IMG/VR virus record: IMGVR_UViG_3300020183_000011
Direction: 5' to 3' (one strand)
DNA length: 64,000 nucleotides
Source: a virus
Below the pieces are notes generated by a model. It saw only the letters and a list, made by a program, of their open reading frames with translations, made no database searches and was not told the origin of the DNA. Below, one piece after another: positions 37,642 through 46,366 of the stretch. The translations under genes and the position numbers were made by a program. Within the stretch, counting starts at the first letter, position 1. Each line of letters begins with the position of its first letter.

Positions 37642-37670
37642 TTTACATTAAATCATCTTTATATTATAAT
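37642..37670 (+). promoter_or_regulatory. Early/middle-type promoter
   Basis: TTTACA-TTAAAT..17 nt-TATAAT. Confidence 0.8.
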
Positions 37671-37679
37671 GGAGTTATT

Positions 37680-37934
37680 ATGCAAGATATGAATGTTCGT
37701 CAGTTAATCTTAAATTCAATCAAAGATAAAAGCATCACAGTATCCTTTACTAAAAAGGATGGCAGTAATCGCAACATGCTTTGTACTTTAGCAGAGTCAT
37801 TAATACCTGAAGACAAAAAGCCAAAGACAGAGAATACAAAATTTAGTGATGACGCACTACGTGTGTTTGATTTAGATAAGCAGGAATGGAGATCATTCCG
37901 TTGGGACTCAATTAAAACAGTGAAAGGTATATAA
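37680..37934 (+). CDS. WYL_2/Sm-like SH3 beta-barrel protein
   Basis: V.FTKKDG..R.M.CTL...VFDLDK..WRSFR. Confidence 0.8.
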   Translation: MQDMNVRQLILNSIKDKSITVSFTKKDGSNRNMLCTLAESLIPEDKKPKTENTKFSDDALRVFDLDKQEWRSFRWDSIKTVKGI

Positions 37935-38185
37935 TGCAATTATTAGAAGAAGATAAAAAGAAAATCAAAGGTGCTTTAAACGAGATTAGTGACTCTATGA
38001 CTCGTGTTGAGGCTGAGAAGGATTTCGTTAAGGAAGTTCTTAAGAATCTATATGACGAGTTCAAGATCCCTAAAAAGACATTAGCAAAGTTAGCTAATAC
38101 ATATCATAGACAAAACTTCAACGAAGAGGTCGCATTGAACGATGAGTTCGAGACCATCTATACCACAGTTACAAACCAAGAATAA
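37934..38185 (+). CDS. dsbA: T4 DsbA-like double-stranded DNA-binding protein
   Basis: EISDSMTR.EAE.D..KE...PKK...KLA..YH.QNF.EE; near rnh/33/59/32 as in T4. Confidence 0.7.
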   Translation: MQLLEEDKKKIKGALNEISDSMTRVEAEKDFVKEVLKNLYDEFKIPKKTLAKLANTYHRQNFNEEVALNDEFETIYTTVTNQE

Positions 38186-38186
38186 T

Positions 38187-38215
38187 TGTACATTAATCCA
38201 TAACTATGGTATACT
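38187..38215 (+). promoter_or_regulatory. Early/middle-type promoter
   Basis: TGTACA-TTAAT..17 nt-TATACT; ATG 6 nt later. Confidence 0.8.
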
Positions 38216-38221
38216 GTCATC

Positions 38222-39358
38222 ATGAAAACTAAAAAACCAACCAAAGAATGGAAAGAGAAAGCCCTCGCACAAGGTAAAGGCGACGGCGCTCCTACAGTCA
38301 CACAAGAAAACTATAAGTCAACATTGATGGCAGCTCTTGGTTACTATAATACTAATGCTGAAAACTCTACACGAGCTAATGCACTTAGGAAATATATCAA
38401 AGGCTATGCTAAAGAATGGGACGGTAAACTGTCAATGAAGGACGTATCGTTCAAAGATATCTATAAAGTCTTATCTGATAAGGTGCCTGACTATGAGCTC
38501 ATCAACATGGGTTCATTATGTATGATCATGGAGAACGGTGGCTTCATATCACCTATAAATCATGATGATATGTTACAAAAGGTCGTAGCTATCTATCACA
38601 AGTACAACACAGACGAAGTCATTGATGATAGACCTAAAGCACCAGTCATCTCTATAGATCAGCGCGTAGCAGATGCAGCTCGTGCGGCCTCTGAAGACAT
38701 TGACTATGCTATCGATAACTTTATTAAAAATAAGACATGGGACTTTAATACTAAAGCACACCTCTTATCCAATAATATATCAGGCATGGTCGCTAAGCGT
38801 ATCGGTGATTACTATAAGCTTAACGTAAACGAGATCGATGAAGCGCTTGAAGGTAAAGACGAACAGCTTGTAGAAGGCTATTCATTCCTTACTAGGACTG
38901 AACTCAAGAAGTTTAGAGCAGCAATCCAATCTATCGTAGATGATTGTGCTCAACACCAAGTTACTGTTAAGAAGCCAAGAGTCACCAAAGCAAAACCACC
39001 AGCAGTCATCGTTAAGAAACTTAAGTATATGTTTAAGCATGATCTATTAAACCTTAAGTCTATCAACCCTGCTGATATCGTTGGTGCTAAAGAGTTATGG
39101 GTATACAACATTAAGTATCGTAAGCTTGTATCTTATATGGCTGATGACTCTGATACACTATCAGTCAAAGGTACAACGATCATCAACTATAGTATCGCTA
39201 AGTCATGGTCATGGACACTAAGAAACCCTGAGAAGTTCTTTAAAGACTTATCTATTGGTAAACGTAACCTTAACACAGCAGTAAAAGCTTTGACTACAAA
39301 ACCAACTGCACCAAATGGTCGTATCAATGAAGAGACCATATTATTAGGAGCATTTTAA
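38222..39358 (+). CDS. Conserved T4-like hypothetical protein
   Basis: QL.EGYS, SI.P..I.GA.ELWVYN.K.RKL..Y, VKGTT, LR.P, PNGRIN..T.LL. Confidence 0.8.
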   Translation: MKTKKPTKEWKEKALAQGKGDGAPTVTQENYKSTLMAALGYYNTNAENSTRANALRKYIKGYAKEWDGKLSMKDVSFKDIYKVLSDKVPDYELINMGSLCMIMENGGFISPINHDDMLQKVVAIYHKYNTDEVIDDRPKAPVISIDQRVADAARAASEDIDYAIDNFIKNKTWDFNTKAHLLSNNISGMVAKRIGDYYKLNVNEIDEALEGKDEQLVEGYSFLTRTELKKFRAAIQSIVDDCAQHQVTVKKPRVTKAKPPAVIVKKLKYMFKHDLLNLKSINPADIVGAKELWVYNIKYRKLVSYMADDSDTLSVKGTTIINYSIAKSWSWTLRNPEKFFKDLSIGKRNLNTAVKALTTKPTAPNGRINEETILLGAF

Positions 39359-39359
39359 A

Positions 39360-40256
39360 ATTATTATATTAGACTATAGTCAGATTGCTCTGAGTAACAT
39401 ATTACCGTTTCAGAACGATATCAAGCGTCAGTCACCTGAAGAGATCAAGAACCTCATCAGGCATACTACATTATCCACGATTAAGTCATATAAGAAAAAG
39501 TATGGTAAAGAATATGGTGAACTAATCATCGCGTGTGATGGTCGAAACTATTGGCGTAAGTCAATATTCCCACACTATAAAGCACATCGTAAGGCGAACA
39601 GAGATAAGTCAGACCTTGATTGGGGTTTCATCTTTGATACGCTCGCAGAGTTAAGACAAGAACTGATTGATCATTTCCCGTACAAGGTACTTATCAACGA
39701 AGGCGCTGAAGCTGACGACATCATAGCTACTTTAGTAGATTATAGCCAAGAAAATTTATTGATACAAGAAGGGCTGTTTTACAGCCCTCAAAAGATATTG
39801 ATCGTCTCATCTGATAAGGACTTCATACAGCTACAGCGCAACAAGAACGTGCGTCAATGGTCACCTATGCAGCGTAAGTATGTAGAAGGATCACAAAAAG
39901 ATATACAAGAGTATACGATCCAGCATATAGTTAAAGGTGATAGTGGCGATGGCATACCCAACATCTTGTCAAGAGATGACGTGTTTATGTCAGGCGATAG
40001 ACAAAAGCCGTTCTCAGCTAAGCGTTTACCAGAATTCTTTGAAAAGGGTATCGATGCTTGCAAGAACGACGAGGAACGCAGGAACTATCAGCGTAATCAG
40101 ACTTTGGTTAACTTCGATCATATACCTAAAGAACTAGCTAAAATCATCATATATACTTATGAGAATACTAAACCTAAAGGTGATAAAAATTCTATAATGA
40201 ACTATTTAATTCAAAACAAATGTCGTCTACTTTTAGACGAAATCGAGGACTTTTAA
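39360..40256 (+). CDS. rnh: RNase H / 5'-3' exonuclease (T4 Rnh), non-canonical ATT start
   Basis: IILDYSQIA, NYWRK..FP.YK..RK, AEADDII, SSDKDFIQL, KGD.GDGIPN; AGGAG SD 9 nt before ATT; in-frame TAG at 39345. Confidence 0.92.
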   Translation: MIILDYSQIALSNILPFQNDIKRQSPEEIKNLIRHTTLSTIKSYKKKYGKEYGELIIACDGRNYWRKSIFPHYKAHRKANRDKSDLDWGFIFDTLAELRQELIDHFPYKVLINEGAEADDIIATLVDYSQENLLIQEGLFYSPQKILIVSSDKDFIQLQRNKNVRQWSPMQRKYVEGSQKDIQEYTIQHIVKGDSGDGIPNILSRDDVFMSGDRQKPFSAKRLPEFFEKGIDACKNDEERRNYQRNQTLVNFDHIPKELAKIIIYTYENTKPKGDKNSIMNYLIQNKCRLLLDEIEDF

Positions 40257-40257
40257 T

Positions 40258-40677
40258 ATGGCTATTAGATTTTTACCAGAGATATTAGATGAGATCAATA
40301 AAGATCCCAAACTATTATCAACCAAATATAAAGGTAATACAGCTTTACGCATAGTGTTTGAACACTCATTCTTACCTGATAAGAAGTTCTTACTACCAGA
40401 TGATGCACCTCCATTCAAAGCGGATGCAGCACCACTTGGCATGAGTCCAGCTATCTTAACACAGGAGCTTAGACGCTTTTATATATTCTTACGCAAAGAC
40501 TTAAAACCTATCAAACGTGAAGCCTTATTCATATCATTGTTAGAGTCTGTACACCCAACTGAGGCTGACCTATGCATAGCTATTAAGGATCAAAAGCTAC
40601 ATAAGATGTATAAGAAAATCACTCGTAAGGTGGTTGAAGAGGCAGGGTTCATTGCACCTGAGACGACAGGAGCATAG
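40258..40677 (+). CDS. Conserved T4-like hypothetical protein
   Basis: LP...PPF, E.RR.Y.F, KRE.LFI.LLE.VHP.EA....IKD. Confidence 0.75.
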   Translation: MAIRFLPEILDEINKDPKLLSTKYKGNTALRIVFEHSFLPDKKFLLPDDAPPFKADAAPLGMSPAILTQELRRFYIFLRKDLKPIKREALFISLLESVHPTEADLCIAIKDQKLHKMYKKITRKVVEEAGFIAPETTGA

Positions 40678-40749
40678 ATTTACATAAATAGATAGTAAGC
40701 TGTATGCTGGATAAACTATGAATCCAGGTGAGTTTAAAATTGTCTTTAT

Positions 40750-40762
40750 AATCAACACCTTA
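40750..40762 (+). promoter_or_regulatory. IHF-consensus site
   Basis: AATCAACACCTTA matches WATCAANNNNTTR, just upstream of a promoter. Confidence 0.45.
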
Positions 40763-40770
40763 TGTTAACA

Positions 40771-40799
40771 TGTACTTTTATTAGGGGATGTGGTATACT
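40771..40799 (+). promoter_or_regulatory. Early/middle-type promoter
   Basis: TGTACT-TTTATT..17 nt-TATACT with extended TG; ATG 7 nt later. Confidence 0.75.
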
Positions 40800-40806
40800 G
40801 TATAGT

Positions 40807-41331
40807 ATGATAAGGCATATATTACTCTATAAGTCAGACACTATTTCAGTCAGCTGTACGTCAGCTGTGTATGAGTTATCTACACGTAGGTTAACCACGT
40901 ACGTCAAGCAATGCATTGCAGCTGAAAAGACCCTTATCAAAGACATATCCAAAAAATATCCTAAGAAGTCCAAAGGTATCAAGTATGACTTCTTGTTTAA
41001 GAACTTCAAAGCTGAGGATATGCTTGGCACTACCGATCAACAGTACGATGACGACTTATTGATTGAGCTCAACTCAAAGAACACTGCTAACTTATGTCGT
41101 ACCATATCACATGAGTTAGTACATGCCAGACAGTTTATATCTGGCCAATTGAAGTATAACGTTAAGATTAAATACTTAACGTATGAAGGTGAAGCACATC
41201 GTTATATCTATCGTAAGCAACCATGGGAAATAGAAGCTTATGCATTAGAACAATCAGGTGCACTTAAGATGAAAAGGTGGCTATTAAATCATGCACATTT
41301 TAACCCAAAACTCGTTACACCAGCCATATAA
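40807..41331 (+). CDS. HEXXH zinc metallopeptidase-like protein
   Basis: SHELVHARQ and QPWEIEAY. Confidence 0.75.
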   Translation: MIRHILLYKSDTISVSCTSAVYELSTRRLTTYVKQCIAAEKTLIKDISKKYPKKSKGIKYDFLFKNFKAEDMLGTTDQQYDDDLLIELNSKNTANLCRTISHELVHARQFISGQLKYNVKIKYLTYEGEAHRYIYRKQPWEIEAYALEQSGALKMKRWLLNHAHFNPKLVTPAI

Positions 41332-41476
41332 AGCGAAAGTAGTTTCGTTCGAACCACTCCAAGATTGGAAGTTTAAAGTGTCATACTTTGACGACGAAGG
41401 TTTTTTATGGACAGAAGTCGTAGATCATACAAGGTTAGAAGGAGAGTTCGTAGATGAACATCTTTTATCTGCATAA
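41291..41476 (+). CDS. Hypothetical protein (true start uncertain)
   Basis: 61-aa ORF filling the gap. Confidence 0.45.
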   Translation: MHILTQNSLHQPYKAKVVSFEPLQDWKFKVSYFDDEGFLWTEVVDHTRLEGEFVDEHLLSA

Positions 41477-42032
41477 AGATCCAGTAAAAGCAGCTGAGAT
41501 GCATGTTGACAAGCATGTAGTCAAGATGATCCTCGAGTCATGTCAGTTATTATCAACTGCACATCGTATATTGGATGGTAAGCAAGTCATGGGTAAAACC
41601 AAGACTGGTCGAAACGTCAAACGTTGGATACTACCTGAAGATTTTTTAATAGACATGAACGATGTGATATACCAAGCAACACATGTCAACCATCCATCTG
41701 CAGTATGGGCTCGGCATTCAAAAGCAAACTATATGTGGTTACATGAATTGTTAGATGCATTATGTAACGAATACACCTATCGATATGGTAAGGTGCATAA
41801 GTGCGAAGCTGATGGGCTTGTAAATATACTATCAATGCCACCGATCAATATACCTGATCTATCATTTACCGAACCGACCCCAGCAATGCCTGACCAATAC
41901 AAGGTATCTGAGGACTCTATACAGTCATATCGTAACTATTACAATGGAGAAAAGCAACGGATGTTCTCATGGAAGAAAAGGTCAGTCCCTGAGTTTATAA
42001 ATAAAACAGGAGATAATTATGCCATTGTATGA
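41454..42032 (+). CDS. Pyrimidine-dimer glycosylase (DenV)-family-like protein
   Basis: MNIFYL...DKHVVKMILE..Q.LSTAH, TH.NHPS..W.R, EY..RYGK.H, AMPD.YK. Confidence 0.7.
   Translation: MNIFYLHKDPVKAAEMHVDKHVVKMILESCQLLSTAHRILDGKQVMGKTKTGRNVKRWILPEDFLIDMNDVIYQATHVNHPSAVWARHSKANYMWLHELLDALCNEYTYRYGKVHKCEADGLVNILSMPPINIPDLSFTEPTPAMPDQYKVSEDSIQSYRNYYNGEKQRMFSWKKRSVPEFINKTGDNYAIV
41996..42003 (+). promoter_or_regulatory. Late promoter
   Basis: TATAAATA then AGGAG SD. Confidence 0.75.
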
Positions 42033-42264
42033 TTTTAGAAACAAGGACACTGGTGAGGTGTTCGAGAAGTTTATGAGTATATCTGCTAAAGAGGAATACT
42101 TAAGAGAAAATCCAAACATTGAACCAATGTTGGGTATGAATGCACTCATAGATCCAGTCAGGTTAGGTGTTCGTAGACCAGATCAAGGGTTTAAAGAAGT
42201 ACTACAACGTATTCACGAAAAGACTGCAGGTTCTCAACTAAATAAATTTAGTAACCACTTATAA
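42019..42264 (+). CDS. FmdB-like small protein (Cys-less variant)
   Basis: MPLYDF....TGE.FE..MS....E.YL..NP. Confidence 0.65.
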   Translation: MPLYDFRNKDTGEVFEKFMSISAKEEYLRENPNIEPMLGMNALIDPVRLGVRRPDQGFKEVLQRIHEKTAGSQLNKFSNHL

Positions 42265-42266
42265 AA

Positions 42267-42305
42267 TATGGGTCCGCTGAACCCCATAGCATTATTAAGT
42301 TCAGT
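42267..42305 (+). ncRNA. Candidate H-type pseudoknot in the lysis-gene leader
   Basis: Stem TATGGG/CCCATA; loop GCTGAAC complementary to downstream GTTCAGT. Confidence 0.5.
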
Positions 42306-42329
42306 TGTTAACTTACAAAGGAGAATCAC

Positions 42330-42470
42330 ATGTTAACAAACATTATTGTATTTTTAGTTGGTGCTCATTTGGGTGCAAAATACCCACAAAAAGCAACACT
42401 AATCGTTGACACAGCTGTATCTTTTGCAAAAGCAGTATGGGCAAAAGTATCAGGTTTAGTGGCAAAATAA
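42330..42470 (+). CDS. 46-aa hydrophobic/amphipathic peptide coupled to the endolysin
   Basis: AAGGAG SD; MLTNIIVFLVGAHLGAKYPQ...LVAK*; TAATG overlap. Confidence 0.75.
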   Translation: MLTNIIVFLVGAHLGAKYPQKATLIVDTAVSFAKAVWAKVSGLVAK

Positions 42471-43111
42471 TGAGCTTCGATTTCGAATTTACTGAGCAAA
42501 AACTAGCTAAGATACTTACTCGTAATAAGAAAGTACACGAGTGGTATGAGGCAATGTTTGAGCAGTTACCTCAATTTGAAGTAACTACAGCAAAACGCGT
42601 TGCTGCTTTTGTGGCTCAGTGTGCACATGAATCTGCGGACTTCACGACTCTTCAAGAAAACCTAAACTACTCTGCTGATGCATTGAACAAACTGTTTAGT
42701 AAGTACTTTGCTTCAGCTGGTAGAGATGCTGCTCCATATCATCGTAAACCTGAAATGATTGCAAACGTAATATATGCAAACCGTATGGGTAACGGAGATA
42801 CTGCAAGCGGAGAAGGTTACAAGTATAGAGGACGTGGTCCAATTCAATTAACAGGTAAGGCTAATTATCAAGCGTTTGCAACTGACTTCTTTGAAGATCC
42901 AGAAACGGTGATGAATGATCCTGACCTCGTGACAGACGATATACCTACCGCATTATATTCAGCATTATGGTTTTGGAATAAAAACAAACTAAACCGTGAA
43001 GCTGATCTAGGTGATATTAAGTTAATGACTAAGAAAATTAATGGTGGTTACATCGGCCTCGAAGACCGAATCAAACATTATAACCACGCCATTGAGATTT
43101 TAACAGCTTAA
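42470..43111 (+). CDS. GH19 chitinase-family endolysin
   Basis: AAF.AQ..HES..F..L.ENLNYS, YANRMGNGD, YRGRG.IQLTG..NY, TK.INGG..GLEDR. Confidence 0.93.
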   Translation: MSFDFEFTEQKLAKILTRNKKVHEWYEAMFEQLPQFEVTTAKRVAAFVAQCAHESADFTTLQENLNYSADALNKLFSKYFASAGRDAAPYHRKPEMIANVIYANRMGNGDTASGEGYKYRGRGPIQLTGKANYQAFATDFFEDPETVMNDPDLVTDDIPTALYSALWFWNKNKLNREADLGDIKLMTKKINGGYIGLEDRIKHYNHAIEILTA

Positions 43112-43115
43112 TCAT

Positions 43116-43144
43116 TGTACTTTAATTAGACCTTGATATATAAT
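43116..43144 (+). promoter_or_regulatory. Early/middle-type promoter whose -10 overlaps ATG 43143
   Basis: TGTACT-TTAATT..17 nt-TATAAT. Confidence 0.6.
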
Positions 43145-43670
43145 GAAGGTAGCAGTACTATGTAACGGTCCCAGTCGGTCAGCCTATGATCCCAATAAAG
43201 AATATGCATACCGCATAGGATGCAATATCCCTTGGACAAAGGTTGACTGTACTGTGATACTCGATCCACAACTTGTTAAAGTATTGATCAGAGATATATC
43301 ACTCATAGATTGTAAAGTATACTTTAGTCAAAATGTAGTGGATTACGTTAAAGAAGTTGGAGCTGCAACATTATTTGATGTTGTAGGTATAATACAAAAG
43401 ACCCGTAGAGGTCTATCAAGCGGAAACATAGCATGCTTGAAGGCAGTAGAGCTTGGTTACAAAGACATAGATATATACGGAGCAGACGCGTTTATCACTA
43501 ATGACATACGCAGTAACACTGCTAGTAAGAGTTATACAAGAAACTTCTTAAGTTCAGACGGTATGAACATGTCTCCAGATTGGAGAACTAATTTTAATAA
43601 GATGATTAAAGATCATCCAGAAGTAAAGTTTAATTTCATTGAAAGGAACGAAAATGTTAAAGAACTATAA
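43143..43670 (+). CDS. Rossmann-like protein resembling MAF/DUF115 or sialyltransferase-like families
   Basis: VAVLCNGPSR, IGCN, SSG..A...A...G...I.IYG.D. Confidence 0.55.
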   Translation: MKVAVLCNGPSRSAYDPNKEYAYRIGCNIPWTKVDCTVILDPQLVKVLIRDISLIDCKVYFSQNVVDYVKEVGAATLFDVVGIIQKTRRGLSSGNIACLKAVELGYKDIDIYGADAFITNDIRSNTASKSYTRNFLSSDGMNMSPDWRTNFNKMIKDHPEVKFNFIERNENVKEL

Positions 43671-43911
43671 AAATGATTTAATAATTATAGCTACTTTTTT
43701 TGCTCTTATTAGTTATTCGATGTATATATTAGCAGCGGGTCAAACTATAATCAATGTTGCTGCAGCGGTAGAACAAGCAAAAAAACCAGCCGCACCAGTG
43801 AAGAAAACGGAACCTGTTAAGAAGGTAGATAAAGCTGCAGCAAAACCAGCAGAACCAAAAAAAGATCCTAATCGTAAAAAGCCAACGCTTAAGAAAAAAT
43901 ATAAAAAATAA
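43654..43911 (+). CDS. Membrane-anchored protein with K/A/P-rich tail
   Basis: TM helix then AKKPAAPVKK low-complexity region. Confidence 0.6.
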   Translation: MLKNYKNDLIIIATFFALISYSMYILAAGQTIINVAAAVEQAKKPAAPVKKTEPVKKVDKAAAKPAEPKKDPNRKKPTLKKKYKK

Positions 43912-44562
43912 TTGAAGAACTTTATATATCATGATTTCCCGAAGCTTGAACGGGTTGATGGTCCAGACGGTAGAACGTACAATACACCAGACGGTAAAAG
44001 GTATCCATCAATAACGAGGGTGACGGGCATGCTTACTCAATCATATATCGCTGAATGGCGTAATAGGGTAGGACATGAAGCAGCAACACGTATCTCTACA
44101 AAAGCATCAAGCAGAGGTACACGTATACATACGTTATGCGAAGAGTTTCTAAAAGGTAACACTGTAGACCCTTCACTCACTGATCATGAGATGTGGAAGT
44201 CAATGATACCGTATGTAGATAAGATAGATAATATACACGCTCTGGAGAGCAAACTATATTCCGATAAACTACAAGTTGCAGGCACTGTTGACTGTATAGG
44301 TGATTATGACGGTATACCGAACATCATCGATTTTAAGACTTCTGGAAAACCAAAGGATATAAATAGTATACAGCATTACTTTTTACAGGCCACAGCTTAT
44401 TCAGTTATGTTTGAGGAACTAACAGGTATCGCAGTTCCTAATATAACTATTTTAATAGGAGTAGACCATGACAAAACACAAGTATTTCAAGGGAAGCGTA
44501 GCAGCTTCATTCGCCAGTTAATTGACATCCGTCAATCTTTCAAAAAATTAAATTTACTTTAA
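43912..44562 (+). CDS. PD-(D/E)XK exonuclease
   Basis: YPSIT, RGT.IH, AGTVDC, IDFKTS, YFLQ..AY; TTG start. Confidence 0.9.
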   Translation: MKNFIYHDFPKLERVDGPDGRTYNTPDGKRYPSITRVTGMLTQSYIAEWRNRVGHEAATRISTKASSRGTRIHTLCEEFLKGNTVDPSLTDHEMWKSMIPYVDKIDNIHALESKLYSDKLQVAGTVDCIGDYDGIPNIIDFKTSGKPKDINSIQHYFLQATAYSVMFEELTGIAVPNITILIGVDHDKTQVFQGKRSSFIRQLIDIRQSFKKLNLL

Positions 44563-44581
44563 TTAGCAACTAGAGTATAAT
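44553..44581 (+). promoter_or_regulatory. Early/middle-type promoter
   Basis: TTTACT-TTAATT..17 nt-TATAAT. Confidence 0.8.
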
Positions 44582-44616
44582 ATAATCAAGTAACGAATCG
44601 CAAGGAGAATATCCCC

Positions 44617-45144
44617 ATGAAGAGAACTTTTGCTGTCATTTTGGCATTGTGTTACCTGTGTAATTTTACAATTGCACATACAGAACAAACACGACAAAAG
44701 ATAGAACCACCTAAAAAATTAACTAAGGTGGAAAAACAACAAGTAGAATGTCTAGCACAAAATATCTATTATGAAGCTGGATACGAACCTAAACAAGGTA
44801 AGGTAGCAGTAGCACTAGTCACACTAAACCGCGTATATTCTGGAAATTATCCAAGATCTATATGTGCTACCATGACTCAAAAGTTTGAGGAAGTATGCCA
44901 GTTTAGTTGGTACTGTGATGATTATAAAAGGATCAAAGCACAATCATATAGATACACTAAACACGAGAAACAAGCGTTTGAAGATGCTAGACAGATAGCT
45001 CTACATACGTACTTAAACTATAGAGAGATGTACGACTTAACAAAAGGTGCATTGTTTTTTCATACAAAAGCTGTTAAACCTGAATGGAAAAACGTAACAG
45101 TAACAGCTGTTATTGGGAATCATATTTTTTACAGAAAGATTTAA
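44617..45144 (+). CDS. SleB-like cell wall hydrolase (Hydrolase_2)
   Basis: CLA.NIYYEA, VA.VTLNRV, CQFSW, GA.FFH, IGNHIFY; signal peptide. Confidence 0.9.
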   Translation: MKRTFAVILALCYLCNFTIAHTEQTRQKIEPPKKLTKVEKQQVECLAQNIYYEAGYEPKQGKVAVALVTLNRVYSGNYPRSICATMTQKFEEVCQFSWYCDDYKRIKAQSYRYTKHEKQAFEDARQIALHTYLNYREMYDLTKGALFFHTKAVKPEWKNVTVTAVIGNHIFYRKI

Positions 45145-45146
45145 TA

Positions 45147-45824
45147 ATGACTAAATTGGCAAATGAAAACGTCCCTAATTTATTAAGTGGACTAATTAAT
45201 AATGTACATATCAATACGATAACATCTACAACATGTGTGCATGAAGTATTCTTAGATGCAGAGATCGAGGAACCAAGTAAGTATAGAGAACTTATCTCTG
45301 TGCTAGTCAATGCTGGTCCAAACGATAAGATCCATCTTTATATCAACTCGCCGGGTGGTCACCTTGATACAGCCGCAGCCATAGTTTCTGGTATCCTATC
45401 AAGTGAAGCAGAAGTCACAGCGTTCATCATGGGTGCATGTCATTCTGCGGCCTCTATTATAGCTATGTACTGTCATGCTGTACACGTTTACGATACAGCC
45501 TACATGATGGTTCATACAGCCTCATTCGGCTCATCTGGTAACACCCCAACAGTCAAGGCACATACAGACTTTACTGTCAAGCAGTGTGAAAATCTCATGA
45601 AGGATGCTTACGAAGGGTTCTTAACTCCTGACGAACTTAAGAAAGTCCTTAACGGTATAGAGCTATGGTATAATGCAGAAGAGATCAAGCCGCGTTTGAA
45701 GAAACGTTTTGCTGCTGTAGAAATGATGAAGAAGAAACAAGATAATAAGGAGGTCGTAGACCAGCCGAAGCCAAAGAAAACTCGAATTAAGTTAAAAGTA
45801 GAAGACGGTGAAGCTATCGATTAG
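45147..45824 (+). CDS. ClpP-like protease
   Basis: LYINSPGG, CHSAAS, MVH motifs. Confidence 0.85.
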   Translation: MTKLANENVPNLLSGLINNVHINTITSTTCVHEVFLDAEIEEPSKYRELISVLVNAGPNDKIHLYINSPGGHLDTAAAIVSGILSSEAEVTAFIMGACHSAASIIAMYCHAVHVYDTAYMMVHTASFGSSGNTPTVKAHTDFTVKQCENLMKDAYEGFLTPDELKKVLNGIELWYNAEEIKPRLKKRFAAVEMMKKKQDNKEVVDQPKPKKTRIKLKVEDGEAID

Positions 45825-45827
45825 TTG

Positions 45828-45856
45828 TGTACATTAAATGTTTATTATGATATAAT
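45828..45856 (+). promoter_or_regulatory. Early/middle-type promoter
   Basis: TGTACA-TTAAAT..17 nt-TATAAT. Confidence 0.8.
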
Positions 45857-45881
45857 ATAATTTTAAATCAAGGAAAATGAA

Positions 45882-46139
45882 ATGAACGTGGCACAACATA
45901 TCAATCACAGTTATCAAACAGGCAACAAGCAAGAACTAATAAGAGTCAAAGGTGAACTAGAAAAGAACTTAAAAGAAGTAGACATATTCTTTGACGAGTA
46001 CTTAGAACTATTCTCTGAGCAGATGAACTCTGCTAATAAATCAGATCCAGTTTGGAAAGCATATAACGACCAGTACAAAGCTTATGAGAATATTAAGCAT
46101 AGCCTTAAGTTAACTAATCATTATATAAGTATGCTATGA
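45882..46139 (+). CDS. Hypothetical protein
   Basis: SD AAGGA; 85 aa. Confidence 0.65.
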   Translation: MNVAQHINHSYQTGNKQELIRVKGELEKNLKEVDIFFDEYLELFSEQMNSANKSDPVWKAYNDQYKAYENIKHSLKLTNHYISML

Positions 46140-46366
46140 TGGAAGGTAAGATGTTTAAGAACACCAATGAGTTTTCATTATTCATTGAATCCATCGTAGC
46201 CGAAAAGCGGATATCCCATATGGACGCAATATTATTGTACTGTGAACAAAACTTTATAGATCCTGAGGACATCTCAGGTATGATCAATAAAAACCTCAAG
46301 CAAAAGATAGAAAACAACTTGATAGAACTTAACTACTTGCCAAAGAAGGGTAAGCTAGACATATGA
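46136..46366 (+). CDS. 33: Late transcription coactivator gp33
   Basis: FS..IE..V....S.MDAI..YCE...I.PE.I...I...LK.KIE.....LN.LP; order 33-59-32. Confidence 0.88.
   Translation: MMEGKMFKNTNEFSLFIESIVAEKRISHMDAILLYCEQNFIDPEDISGMINKNLKQKIENNLIELNYLPKKGKLDI

Noticed and set aside
37602-37679. 5' extension of the WYL_2 ORF
   Set aside because: It starts inside the tRNA; promoter and GGAG support ATG 37680
42267-42305. Calling the pseudoknot a preQ1-I riboswitch
   Set aside because: It lacks the conserved A-rich 3' tail and no queuosine genes are adjacent; kept only as an unassigned structure
44358-44365. TATAAATA inside the exonuclease gene
   Set aside because: About 250 nt from the next start, which has its own promoter; may be chance in AT-rich DNA
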